In this document: piece after piece, positions 1 through 9,912 of the stretch
Layout of the letters: each line of letters starts with the position of its first letter
Position numbering within the stretch: position 1 is the first letter of the stretch
DNA from: Bacillota bacterium
Lineage (GTDB): Bacteria > Bacillota > Clostridia > Acetivibrionales > DUMC01
Length of the DNA stretch: 64,000 nt
Direction of reading: 5' to 3'
Assembly (NCBI GenBank): GCA_013314855.1
Contig: JABUEW010000002.1
Location: forward strand, 13,511 to 77,510
Program-made: the position numbers and the translations under genes
The notes under the pieces: model-generated
The model's database searches: none
What the model saw: only the letters and a program-made list of their open reading frames with translations
What the model was told of the DNA's origin: nothing

Positions 1-81
1 AAAGGAAAGAGCTTGTTTAATTGGGATGAGGAAGAATTAGAAACAGAAATTCAAACTATAGAAAAGCTTTTGAAGGAGTAA
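1..81 (+). CDS. C-terminal end of a UPF0175-like antitoxin, truncated by the window edge
   Basis: Open frame running off the 5' edge ends ...NWDEEELETEIQTIEKLLKE*, 4 nt before the PIN-like gene. This acidic tail resembles partners of DUF3368 proteins. Confidence 0.4.
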   Translation, partial: KGKSLFNWDEEELETEIQTIEKLLKE

Positions 82-85
82 GACA

Positions 86-568
86 ATGAAGGCAATTATT
101 AATTCGTCTCCTTTGATAGCACTGGGCGGTATTAAAAAGCTTGAGCTTTTACCGAAAATATTTTCTGAAATAGTTATTCCTCAAGAAGTATATAATGAGA
201 CGGTTGTTAATGGAAAAGATGATACAATATTTAAAGCTATAGATGGTAATGCAGGATTTAAGATTGTATCTGCAAATAACCTTATTCTTATTGAGTTTTT
301 GAATGATTATTTAGATAAAGGTGAAGCCGAGGTTATAGCTTTAGCGAAAGAACTTGGTATTAATAATGTAATTATTGATGAAGCAAAGGGTAGAAAAATA
401 GCAAAACGACATAGTCTTGATGTGATAGGAAGTCTTGGCATTCTGGTAATAGCAAAACATAAAGAGCTCATAAATAATGTTGGAGAACAAATTAAATTAA
501 TGATTCAAAACGGAATTAGAATTAGTGATGATGTAAAGCTAAAGATATTGGAGATGAGCGGTGAGTAA
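86..568 (+). CDS. DUF3368 / PIN-like nucleic-acid-binding protein (putative toxin)
   Basis: N-terminus INSSPLIALGGIKKLELLPKIFSEIVIPQEVYNE plus LDKGEAEVIALAKE...IIDE..GRKIA...L.V.GSLGIL follow the DUF3368 pattern. Tightly coupled to the upstream small ORF. Confidence 0.7.
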   Translation: MKAIINSSPLIALGGIKKLELLPKIFSEIVIPQEVYNETVVNGKDDTIFKAIDGNAGFKIVSANNLILIEFLNDYLDKGEAEVIALAKELGINNVIIDEAKGRKIAKRHSLDVIGSLGILVIAKHKELINNVGEQIKLMIQNGIRISDDVKLKILEMSGE

Positions 569-682
569 TGCTATTATAATTAATTACTCGTATTTATAAT
601 TTAAATTATTATTTAGTAACGTGCATATCTATACAATAATAGCATTTCTTCCGTAAAGGTCTTAAGGAGCCTGTAAATTCAC

Positions 683-3600
683 TTATGCCTTCTCAATTCT
701 TATTCTGCTGCCCAACCCATCGGCTGTAGGAGGCTCTACAATTAACCTCCTGTAGATGCGTTGCTTCATTTCGGGTACATGGCTTATCACCCCAATCACC
801 CTCTCTGTTGTGCTCAAGCGTTCAAGGGCGTCTATAACCATATCAAGGAGCTCCCTATCTAAAGTACCGAAGCCTTCATCAAGGAAAAAGAATTCCAGGG
901 GGCTTTGTCCCTTTAATTGTATTTGTTTTGATAGCGCAAGAGCAAGGCATAGGGAAGTAATAAAGGTTTCACCCCCCGATAATGAGTTAACCATCCTGTG
1001 TACCCCGCCATTTATATTATCCCTTATTACGAAACCTATATCCGGCTCTAATTCCAATGCATACCTGTACCTGGTCAATGTGCCCAATGTTTCCGAAGCT
1101 TCACGGGCAATATATCTTAATCTTTCTTCTGCTACAAAGTCAATAAAGTTATTTCCCCTTAACAGGCTTTTTATTTGTTCCAGCATATCCGCTTTCCGGG
1201 ATAATTCATTATTTTTATTGTTTAAAACCATCCACTCTTCATGCTTTTCCCGGGTCCTGTCAAAATTGCTCTTTGCTACTTCATACTGTGAGGATGCCTT
1301 ATCTTTTGTTTCAAGCTTTTCCCTGTATAATGCTTCTATTTTATGCCATTCTTCTTCTGTGATACTCCGTCCTCCTAATTTATGTAAAAGTATGTTTTTC
1401 TGTGCTGCAAGGTTTCTTTCAATCTTTTCATATTCATCAATTTCATCTTTCAGAGTCTTTTGAGCTTCTTTGCTCAACATGGATTTTTCCACATCCTGGA
1501 TGCTGTTGAAGCCTTTTTCTTTCAAAGCATTCTCAAATCTTTGAGATTCCCGCTGTAAATTCTCTTCGAATATTTTCACCTGGTTTTCCAGGGTGTTTTT
1601 TTGCATCTTCCGGTTGTTATATTGTTCTTCCAGGCTCTTTACCAGTTCAGACAGCATCTTTTCTTTTTTCCCCATGTCCAGTATTTTATTTTCAATAATC
1701 TTAATGTTTTCCTCTATTTCACTTATACCTATACCGGCATTGGACAATACATTAATACTACTTTCACCTAAAAGTTCCCTTACTTTGGATTCTTTTTCTT
1801 CCTTTATTTCTCTTGTATTTTTATAATTTGTATCCAGTTCGGCAAATTGGCTGCTCATCTGCCTTCTTTCTTCCTGCAGTTTGTCAAGCCTTTCTCTTGT
1901 TGTCTTTTGAAGTTCCTGCAGTTTTTTTATCTCTTTCTGCAGTCTATCAATTTCTCTTTCATTGCCAGAAATCCGTTCAAGTTCAAAAGAAGCACCTTTA
2001 ACATTATATTTATCCAAAAACTCTTTATATAATTTTTCTTTCTCGTTGAATATTTGTAAGGATTCCTCTGTTTCTCTTTTTGTTTGTTCCAGTGTTTCCC
2101 TATTCACCTGTAATTGAGATTTAATACTGCTTTCACTAACTTTAAAACCGTTTAATATGTCTTTTCCCTTTTTTATGTTATCATTTATGGCATTAAGCCT
2201 TTTTTCCCATTTATCAATTTCCCTTTTCTTATCCTCAGCCTGCATGTTTATCTTTTCAATTTCTTCTTCCATTGCTTCCACACTTAATGTGCGTATTTTA
2301 TCAGGCAGATTATCTATTAGCCTGTCCAACTCACCCCTTTTTGCCAGAATATCCTGCTTTAATTGCGTAATTTGCATTTCTGTATTACTTATCTGTCCGC
2401 TTATCTCAATGTGTCTTTTCTCTGCCTCCATAAAAGCAGCTTCAGCTTTTGAAAACAAATCTTCAGCCTCCCTTAGCATATCTTCCAGAATAAGCGTATT
2501 CTCCAGTTTAAGATTCCCTTTCTCATCTTTTACAGCATATTCTGATCCTGCATGTTCTGCATATTCTGATTGAAATGCCGGACTGGGATGATGTGTGGAC
2601 CCGCATACCGGGCAAGGCTCTCCTTCCCTTAAGCTTTTTGACAAAATATATGCGGTATCCTGTTCTATTCTCTTTCTGATGTTTTTTACTTCCTCATCCC
2701 TCTTTTCCATTTCAATTTTAATGGTATCTTTATAAGCCTGTGTCTTTTTCAGGTTTTCTTTGTATTTGCCAAGTGCCTCCATTTTTTCCTGGAGCCTTGA
2801 TTCCATGGTGTTTATATCTGCCGTTTTAGATTTGAGAGTATTTAAAGCAGATTTAAGTTTAAGATACTGCTCAATTATTTGGGTTAACTCCTCCCTTTCT
2901 CCAGGCTTAGCCTTTTCGTGCTCGGCAAGCTTGGCATCCAATAGTTTTAAATTCTCTTCCGCATTATTAGTATTTTTTATGATTTCAGCAAGTTCAGTTT
3001 CCAGCCTGCTTACTTTAGAAGCAAGATTATATTCCTTTTTTCTAAGAACCTCAATATTCTTTCCAGCAGCATTAAGCTCATTTTCAAGATTTACAGCCTT
3101 TTGCACTTCATTTTTATACTCCGGATCAACTTTTAAATTTTCAATTGTTAATTGGTACTTGCCGATATCTTCTTCCATAGCTGTGATTTTTATTTTTATG
3201 TTCCCTGCTTCCTTTTCTTTCAAAACAGCACTTCTTTTAACTTCCTCAATGCTGTTATGTAATATATTTATTCTATGTTCAAGCTGCTCAATTTCTTTCT
3301 TTATCTCCAGTGCATTTATAAGTTTTGTTTTATTTTCAAGCAGTCTTGGGGTCTCAATTTCCAGATTTTTGCGCTGCTTTTCCAGTTGCATTTTAGCGTC
3401 CGAAAGTTCTTTCTCTAAGTCCGGCAACCCGCTTATAACCTGGTCCAACTGTTTTTGAGTTTCCTCAAACCTTGTAACGGCATCTTTGTAACTGTTTATC
3501 ATGTCTATTAATCCTTCAGCTTTAATTGACCTATCCAATAAATCCTTTTTTCTATTGACAGTTTCCAAATTGGATAAATGGGCTTTTTCCTTTTTCTCAA

Positions 3601-4387
3601 CAAATTCCAGTTCACCAACAAGCTGCCAGACTTCTTTTGCTTCTTCAAACTTTTTTTCCAGATTCTTTAACTCATTCGCCGCCCTTTCCCTGGCCGCTTC
3701 AGCCTCTTTGAACTCCTCTTCAGCCTTGAATAGTGCTTCTTCAGAAGCGTCACCCAATGCAGATAAAGCTCCTTCCAGGTTTGATAGTTTTATTTTTGTT
3801 GCCGATATCTTTTCAGAAAGTTTCAGGTTAAGTTCCTTCCCGTATTCTTCCAGGTAAAAGATGCGCTCCAGCATATCTCTTTTCCTGGCTTTCTCCATCA
3901 GCAGAAATTCTTGAAACTTATTTTGCGGAAGCACCACAGCCCGGGTAAAATCATCATGCTTTAAACCCAGAAGTTCTTCAATTTTGCTGTTTACATCACC
4001 CAGTCTGTCAGCAATAGGTACTTCAACACTATCACATTCTTCTACAAGTCTCGCCAGTTTTGCCTCACAGGAGTTTTCAGAGCCTTTCTTCCTGTTATAT
4101 ACCCTTTCCACTCTATATGTTTTCCTCTCATTATCTTTCAGCAAATCAAACCTGAAGGTTACTTTAACTCTGTTGCAATCCGTGTTTATAATTCCCTGGG
4201 TTCCCATGTTTGCCCTGTGTACTTTGCCATAAAGAGCCAGGGTAATTGCATCAAGCACTGTTGATTTCCCACTTCCCGTCGGACCAAAAATACCAAAAAG
4301 CCCCGTTTCACTCAATTCATCAAAGTCAATTTTCTGCAATTGCTTAAAACTTTGCAAACCTTCTATTTCAAGATATCTGGGTCTCAT
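683..4387 (-). CDS. sbcC: SbcC/Rad50-type DNA repair ATPase
   Basis: Walker A FGPTGSGKST. Very long coiled-coil region with a central CPVCGSTHHP zinc hook. C-terminal LSGGE signature and FFLDEGFG Walker B. Start moved to MRPRYLEIEGLQSF (ATG at 4387), overlapping the sbcD end. Confidence 0.9.
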   Translation of the reverse strand: MRPRYLEIEGLQSFKQLQKIDFDELSETGLFGIFGPTGSGKSTVLDAITLALYGKVHRANMGTQGIINTDCNRVKVTFRFDLLKDNERKTYRVERVYNRKKGSENSCEAKLARLVEECDSVEVPIADRLGDVNSKIEELLGLKHDDFTRAVVLPQNKFQEFLLMEKARKRDMLERIFYLEEYGKELNLKLSEKISATKIKLSNLEGALSALGDASEEALFKAEEEFKEAEAARERAANELKNLEKKFEEAKEVWQLVGELEFVEKKEKAHLSNLETVNRKKDLLDRSIKAEGLIDMINSYKDAVTRFEETQKQLDQVISGLPDLEKELSDAKMQLEKQRKNLEIETPRLLENKTKLINALEIKKEIEQLEHRINILHNSIEEVKRSAVLKEKEAGNIKIKITAMEEDIGKYQLTIENLKVDPEYKNEVQKAVNLENELNAAGKNIEVLRKKEYNLASKVSRLETELAEIIKNTNNAEENLKLLDAKLAEHEKAKPGEREELTQIIEQYLKLKSALNTLKSKTADINTMESRLQEKMEALGKYKENLKKTQAYKDTIKIEMEKRDEEVKNIRKRIEQDTAYILSKSLREGEPCPVCGSTHHPSPAFQSEYAEHAGSEYAVKDEKGNLKLENTLILEDMLREAEDLFSKAEAAFMEAEKRHIEISGQISNTEMQITQLKQDILAKRGELDRLIDNLPDKIRTLSVEAMEEEIEKINMQAEDKKREIDKWEKRLNAINDNIKKGKDILNGFKVSESSIKSQLQVNRETLEQTKRETEESLQIFNEKEKLYKEFLDKYNVKGASFELERISGNEREIDRLQKEIKKLQELQKTTRERLDKLQEERRQMSSQFAELDTNYKNTREIKEEKESKVRELLGESSINVLSNAGIGISEIEENIKIIENKILDMGKKEKMLSELVKSLEEQYNNRKMQKNTLENQVKIFEENLQRESQRFENALKEKGFNSIQDVEKSMLSKEAQKTLKDEIDEYEKIERNLAAQKNILLHKLGGRSITEEEWHKIEALYREKLETKDKASSQYEVAKSNFDRTREKHEEWMVLNNKNNELSRKADMLEQIKSLLRGNNFIDFVAEERLRYIAREASETLGTLTRYRYALELEPDIGFVIRDNINGGVHRMVNSLSGGETFITSLCLALALSKQIQLKGQSPLEFFFLDEGFGTLDRELLDMVIDALERLSTTERVIGVISHVPEMKQRIYRRLIVEPPTADGLGSRIRIEKA

Positions 4388-5654
4388 ATTCAATCTCCCC
4401 CAATATTTCATCGCTACCCTCATCACTGCTGCCTTCGTTTAATACTTCAAGAAACACAGACATTAATTCCTCGGATATTTCAGTTCCTGTTCTCAATTTG
4501 TAAAATTCTCTGAAGAGCTGGTCAATTTTCCTGCCCTCTCTATTTTCAAAAGCAATCTCCTCAGTTATATCATTTTTTAGTACCGGTCTTATATTTATTA
4601 TCCCGGGATGTAATTGTCTGAGTTTTTTTTGTTCTTCCGCAGTAAATGGCCTATCTGTAATAATCTCAAGGTCTATCCATGCATTTTTGTCTCTTCCTGT
4701 TTCACACCATTCAAATGCCTGCATTATACCATCCCTGGCCTGCCACCTTTTTAAAGGCTTGCCGCAGTCCAGAAAAATCTCTTTTATATCCGCTTCTTTT
4801 CCAGGTTCCGCATCAATTATGTATAACGCCTTGCTGTAATCTGCTTCGGAAAAACTATAAGCTAATGGCGATCCTGAATAACATGCCGGACATGGCGCAT
4901 TTTTGACCCACTGGGGTCTGTGAAGATGTCCGAGAGCAACAAAATGGGCATTTGAAGGCAGTACAGAAGGGTCAACAGTAAACGCTCCTCCCACCTGGAT
5001 GGTCCTTTCGGATTCTGATTCTCTCCCCCCTCGCATGAATAAATGACTCATTGCAAGATTTATTGTATCCTTCCTGAAATTCTCCTTTAATCTTCCAAGC
5101 AGGTTTCCCACTTTATCTGAATAAGCTTTCTGAAGTAATTCTTCATCCGCTTCACGGGTTAGAACTTCCTCAAGACGCGCCTCGGATGGATAAGGCAAAG
5201 TTAATATTACCGCGCTTTCGTTACAATGTGCTATACCCAGTTCCAACCATCCGGGACCTGAATTGACAAGTTTTATATTATCCGTGTTAATTTTATATGT
5301 ACCAGGGTCACTTCCCGGATAACCCAAAAGAATAATTCCGTTTTTATATGCTAAGGGGCTTGCAGCGCATAGCCTTTCCGGATTGTCGTGATTCCCCGCA
5401 ATAACCACCACTGCTCTCCGTCCCCTTGCGTTAAGCTTGTCTACCGCATCGTAAAAAAGCTCTTCCGCTGCAGTTGGCGGATTATAGGTGTCATATACAT
5501 CCCCAGATACAAGCACAAGATCAATTCGTTCTTCTTCCACTATTTTACACAAGCACTCAATAAATTCCCGCTGTTCATCAATACGGTTTATTTGACGGTT
5601 TATTTGCTCTAGGGATTTACCCAGGTGCCAATCCGACGTGTGCAGTATTCTCAT
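4368..5654 (-). CDS. sbcD: SbcD/Mre11-type nuclease
   Basis: MRILHTSDWHLGK, SGDVYD, GNHD and GHLH phosphoesterase motifs. GGAGG 6 nt upstream of the ATG at 5654. The ORF-track start at 5672 is probably an extension. Confidence 0.9.
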   Translation of the reverse strand: MRILHTSDWHLGKSLEQINRQINRIDEQREFIECLCKIVEEERIDLVLVSGDVYDTYNPPTAAEELFYDAVDKLNARGRRAVVVIAGNHDNPERLCAASPLAYKNGIILLGYPGSDPGTYKINTDNIKLVNSGPGWLELGIAHCNESAVILTLPYPSEARLEEVLTREADEELLQKAYSDKVGNLLGRLKENFRKDTINLAMSHLFMRGGRESESERTIQVGGAFTVDPSVLPSNAHFVALGHLHRPQWVKNAPCPACYSGSPLAYSFSEADYSKALYIIDAEPGKEADIKEIFLDCGKPLKRWQARDGIMQAFEWCETGRDKNAWIDLEIITDRPFTAEEQKKLRQLHPGIINIRPVLKNDITEEIAFENREGRKIDQLFREFYKLRTGTEISEELMSVFLEVLNEGSSDEGSDEILGEIEYETQIS

Positions 5655-5841
5655 AAAACCCTCCACTATCAACTACAGTTATATAATTATAATATCACGA
5701 TAAATCCAATAATTACAAGTATGTCTTACATAACTTGGATTATGACCTATCTATATAGAATATGGAATATGGAATATGGAATACAGAATAGAATGGAATA
5801 AATACGAGGTAAATTAGATTGGTAAAGGAAACCAATAAAAC

Positions 5842-5893
5842 AAAAGGCAGGCAAAACGTGAAGATTTAACACCTATTCTGCCTGCCTTTTTTT
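5842..5893 (-). terminator. Hairpin terminator after the 695-aa gene, possibly bidirectional
   Basis: AGGCAGGC (5845-5852) pairs with GCCTGCCT (5880-5887). T-runs flank it on both strands. The large loop lowers confidence. Confidence 0.5.
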
Positions 5894-5950
5894 ATTCTTG
5901 CGGGGCTATACAAGCAGTGACTATACAAGCAATGACTTTATTAACAGTGA

Positions 5951-8038
5951 CTATATAAACAGATAAAGCATTCTGGTCTGAGGAATACTAATGCTCAGCC
6001 TGTTATCTTGAAAGCTGAAATCCACCTGAATACATTCACCTTCTATATCCTCCCCTGTAATCTTTTCAGGCTTTTTATCCATATTTATAACAATGCTACC
6101 TCTTGCAAGCTGATTGCAGTTACCTATAATGAACAGGTCATTTTCATTTTCACTAATCCATCGGCTGCATTTCAACCCCTCGCTCATGTAAAGTATACCC
6201 TCATCATCTGCATATCGTCTATTTATGATAAAGGAATTCAGCTTTCTTCTGAAACAAAGGGCCTTCCTTGCATACTCTCGAAGTTCTGCATTATCATCAA
6301 ATTTATATGTTACTCCAAGCCACATTACCGACCCTAAGAGCAGAGCTCTCTCCATGTCTTTATAAAACCTGTAAACCATTTCTTCGCCATGAAGTCCTGC
6401 TCTTGGGTTGACCATATTTACCTGGACATACTCGGGGAATGTGTATTTAAAAATATTGAAGTACTCATCATAAGGGTCCCCGTTCCAGGTGAGGCTCCCC
6501 CATACATAGCTTCCATATATGTCTCCACAATTCTCAATCATAATAAACGAATCCGGATTCAGTCTTTTTAATTTCTCATTCAATGTTTTGAGTACATATA
6601 GGTATCCTTTATTAAATTCACCAATGTTTCCATGACTGTGCTTTTCATTATAACACGGGTAAGGCTCTGCCGAACCCAGTTGGTCAAGATATATTCCCGT
6701 AGCACCATAACTTTTTACCATCCAGCAAGCTGTATCGATCAGAAGCTTCTGCCATCTTTCATCAGATGGACACATTACGGCAAATTTGACAGGGCTCCCA
6801 TACTGTTCGACAATGAAATCCCCATCTTCTTTTTTTATGGCCATCTCCTGACCAAGTGTGGGAAAAAACTCTGAGTCCATGTCAAATATTCTTGCATTTA
6901 TATAGAAGGTAACAAAACCCCCATTTTTATTTACATAACTGCATCCATTATATAAATCCATGGAAGTCCCCAGGTCCATATCCGGGTAATACTCTGCATA
7001 GTTACAGTCAAATCCCTTTCTGTTCCAGCTGGCTATAAACATATGCCTCAATCCGTATTCCATACCTCTGTCAAACAGATTGGGTATTTTATCGAACCTG
7101 TTCATGACTTTTCCATCTTTCTTAAAATTGTAACATTGATTTAAAGCATACTCATTTTTAAGATATGAGGGATTATTATCAAACATGAGGTATTGTTCAA
7201 TCCATTTTCTGTAAGTTTTTGCACCCCAATGCCAGTCCTCGCAGTTTACTGCAATGATATAAGGGTTTGATCTCCATTTTTCTCCATTCTTAATTCTTAG
7301 GTATTTTCTTATACCAAAACCCATCCATGGGTTTTTCGGTCCACCTGTCTCGACGCGCATCCCAGTTACCGGAAAATCACCGTCATTTGAGCTTATATAA
7401 AAACCGTTATTCTCGTCGTAGTAGTACATCCACATCATTGAGGCAAGACCACAATAGTTTATTTCCCTGTAATAAATGCCGTCCTTAATGTTTGTGTTGG
7501 CCCTCCAAAAATTCAAGTATCTATCCGTAACATACTCTTCAACCGGATTCTTCGTCTTCTCTCCCGCATGATGCGGATAAATAACCACATCATCCTTCCA
7601 GCTTTCGCCCAGATAAATACCGGTTATACGCGGAAATAGGACTTCCACAATATCATATTTTGTATCCCTGTTTTCCAGCTCAATGCTCCATTGGGTAGCA
7701 CAATCGTCTTTTAGTTCAATCAGGATTTTTACAACAATATCAACACTGTTTTCTACACTGTTTTCGGCACTGTTTTCTATACTCGAAAGCCCCTCGTAGT
7801 ATATCTCAGCCCTGTTGGTTCCCACATCCTGCGACATATTCACCACTCCTGCCGCAGAAGGAACAAACACTTCTTTTACCCCCTCCTGTTTTCTTATACA
7901 TGAAAGGGAAAAAATGGGGTATCCTGGGACAGTTTTGATATAATTATCGTTGGTAATTTTGTTTCTAATTTCTACCAGATTATTAATGCAACTATCAAAA
8001 GTCAGGTTCAAAAAATTGTTACCTAAAGTATGTAGCAT
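5951..8038 (-). CDS. Large cytoplasmic protein, glycoside-hydrolase-like, family not recognisable by eye
   Basis: Uninterrupted 695-aa ORF with no signal peptide, last gene of the GntR sugar operon. Segments such as GATGIYLDQLGS and FIASWNRKGFD resemble TIM-barrel glycosidase cores. Contains an in-frame ENSA/ENSV/ENSV repeat. Confidence 0.6.
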   Translation of the reverse strand: MLHTLGNNFLNLTFDSCINNLVEIRNKITNDNYIKTVPGYPIFSLSCIRKQEGVKEVFVPSAAGVVNMSQDVGTNRAEIYYEGLSSIENSAENSVENSVDIVVKILIELKDDCATQWSIELENRDTKYDIVEVLFPRITGIYLGESWKDDVVIYPHHAGEKTKNPVEEYVTDRYLNFWRANTNIKDGIYYREINYCGLASMMWMYYYDENNGFYISSNDGDFPVTGMRVETGGPKNPWMGFGIRKYLRIKNGEKWRSNPYIIAVNCEDWHWGAKTYRKWIEQYLMFDNNPSYLKNEYALNQCYNFKKDGKVMNRFDKIPNLFDRGMEYGLRHMFIASWNRKGFDCNYAEYYPDMDLGTSMDLYNGCSYVNKNGGFVTFYINARIFDMDSEFFPTLGQEMAIKKEDGDFIVEQYGSPVKFAVMCPSDERWQKLLIDTACWMVKSYGATGIYLDQLGSAEPYPCYNEKHSHGNIGEFNKGYLYVLKTLNEKLKRLNPDSFIMIENCGDIYGSYVWGSLTWNGDPYDEYFNIFKYTFPEYVQVNMVNPRAGLHGEEMVYRFYKDMERALLLGSVMWLGVTYKFDDNAELREYARKALCFRRKLNSFIINRRYADDEGILYMSEGLKCSRWISENENDLFIIGNCNQLARGSIVINMDKKPEKITGEDIEGECIQVDFSFQDNRLSISIPQTRMLYLFI
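7744..7779 (-). repeat. In-frame 12-nt x3 tandem repeat inside the 695-aa gene
   Basis: The plus strand reads cactgttttcta / cactgttttcgg / cactgttttcta, encoding ...ENSAENSVENSVD... Confidence 0.8.
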
Positions 8039-8148
8039 AACTGCACCCCTATTCTGCTTTTTCTTTTTGTTACGATTGTTGTTTTAAGTGTTCTATTGTT
8101 TTTTCATTCTACTCTTTATTTCTCTTTTACTCATTATTTTACTTGTTG

Positions 8149-8883
8149 TTATATTTCATAGGTTGAGAATTCCTCTGACACCCAAACATTTTTAAAATAC
8201 TTTTTCGCCTCAGAAAGATATTTCTCTCTTTTTTCTTCATACCAAAAATGTGTAAGTATAAGTTTGTTTACTCCTGATGAAGCTGCAACTCTGCCTGCCG
8301 CTCCCGCCGACATATGATGTGCCAGCCTGGTACCACCTGTTTTTTCGAGTACCGATGATTCACACAGGAAGAGGTCTGCCCCCTTTGCTGCTTCTGTAAT
8401 TTCATCACCAAAACATGTATCTCCTGAATAAACAAATCTCTTCTCGCCTTTTATAATTATGATTGCATAACTTTCAATTAGATGAGGGACTCTGGCAAAA
8501 GATATTTTTAATCCTCCTGCTGTAATTTCGGAATTTTCCATAATAAATTCGTGGTCAAATACATTATCCCTGCATATTTCTTCCGCCAATACCGAAGGGC
8601 GCATGGGAAGACAAAGTCTCATCCTCCTCATATTCTGGTTCATCCCAACTTTCGTCTCTATCGCATATTTCAGAGGGAAAATGTCAGCAATATGATCAAA
8701 ATGCAGGTGCGAAAGAATTATCATATCTATATCCTCTATCCTGCAATATCGCTGAAGCCTGCTTATAGTTCCATTTCCACAATCTATAAGTATCCTTGTG
8801 CTTTCATCCTGTATAAAATATCCGGAACAAGCCCCGTTAACTCCGGGGAAAGTGCCATAGTTGCCAAGTATTGTAAGTTTCAT
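8149..8883 (-). CDS. MBL-fold metallo-hydrolase
   Basis: HLHFDH (HxHxDH) motif and later SGDT / LTHF motifs. GGAG-type RBS upstream. Confidence 0.8.
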   Translation of the reverse strand: MKLTILGNYGTFPGVNGACSGYFIQDESTRILIDCGNGTISRLQRYCRIEDIDMIILSHLHFDHIADIFPLKYAIETKVGMNQNMRRMRLCLPMRPSVLAEEICRDNVFDHEFIMENSEITAGGLKISFARVPHLIESYAIIIIKGEKRFVYSGDTCFGDEITEAAKGADLFLCESSVLEKTGGTRLAHHMSAGAAGRVAASSGVNKLILTHFWYEEKREKYLSEAKKYFKNVWVSEEFSTYEI

Positions 8884-8937
8884 TCAATTCCACTCCCCAA
8901 ATTATTAATATCCCTTCCTATCATCAATATGTCTTTC

Positions 8938-9912
8938 TTACTTTAATAATATTATATCATTATAGCTCACTTCCAGGTTGTTAATAATTAAGTCATTGTA
9001 AATATCTATCCCTGCCTCCTTCATCGCAATCATCAGAGAGCCGACTGAGGGTTTAAATTTTGGGTTCCTGACATTTATATTGTTATTTCCTTTTTTTACA
9101 TACTCAATAAAAGGTTTTATTAAAAAATCTCCAAATTTAGTTACCCCACCTGTAAGTACGGCATCATATTCACCATCATACATGTTTAACCTCTTTGCCA
9201 TCCTTTTTACAAGAGAGGCAAGGTGTTTTGCAGCATCTTTAATTATACCTACTGAAACAGCATCGCCTTCAGCTGCTTCGCTATACACAATCTTACTTAT
9301 TTGTGATATCTTTAATCTGTCAAATTCACTGTTATAAACAAGGTGTCTTATTTCCGGAATTTCGCTTATACCAAAATATTCTTTCAGTTTTTCTGTAAGT
9401 GAAGTTTTTAAACTTCTATCTTCATATTCCCTGATTACGGCTTTTAAAGCAGAAAGGCCCATATAATATCCACTGCCTTCATCTCCAAGAACAGGGCCCC
9501 ATCCTCCCATCTCGGCACTTTCACCTTTCCTGTTTACACCCATTGCAAATGAACCGGTACCACTTAATACAACTATACCAAAAGGCTTTGCCAGCGCACT
9601 GTAAAATGCACTCAATTCATCTCCTGTAACACAAATATTACGTATTTCAGATGCATAATCTTCCTTTAATTCGTTTCCGTACTTTCTCATACCCGGAACA
9701 CAAATAGCCGCATAATCAAAAGTACCTTCGATTTGCCCACTGTATGCTGCTTCTCTAATGGATTGCCTTATTGCCTCCATGGCTACAGATTTATCAACAA
9801 AAAGCGGATTTGATGGGCCTCCGGTTCCTCTTCCTAATATAACACCATTTTCATTACAAATCAGGGTTTCGGTCTTTGTACCTCCCCCATCTACACCTAC
9901 AAACAGCATCAT
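8938..9912 (-). CDS. BadF/BadG/BcrA/BcrD-family sugar kinase (N-acetylglucosamine-kinase-like), copy 1
   Basis: VGVDGGGTKTE phosphate-1 motif, LSGTGS, GGWGPVLGDEGSG and LTGGV motifs. Its start shares one nt with the SIS stop (TAATG). Confidence 0.8.
   Translation of the reverse strand: MMLFVGVDGGGTKTETLICNENGVILGRGTGGPSNPLFVDKSVAMEAIRQSIREAAYSGQIEGTFDYAAICVPGMRKYGNELKEDYASEIRNICVTGDELSAFYSALAKPFGIVVLSGTGSFAMGVNRKGESAEMGGWGPVLGDEGSGYYMGLSALKAVIREYEDRSLKTSLTEKLKEYFGISEIPEIRHLVYNSEFDRLKISQISKIVYSEAAEGDAVSVGIIKDAAKHLASLVKRMAKRLNMYDGEYDAVLTGGVTKFGDFLIKPFIEYVKKGNNNINVRNPKFKPSVGSLMIAMKEAGIDIYNDLIINNLEVSYNDIILLK

Noticed and set aside
756-4232. Series of plus-strand ORFs (756-1463, 1593-1826, 2157-2573, 2760-3458, 3501-3857, 3984-4232) antisense to sbcC
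   Set aside because: These are Ser/Phe/Leu-rich, low-complexity translations typical of the antisense frame of a Lys/Glu-rich coiled-coil gene. They have no RBS or motifs and are fully contained in a well-supported gene.
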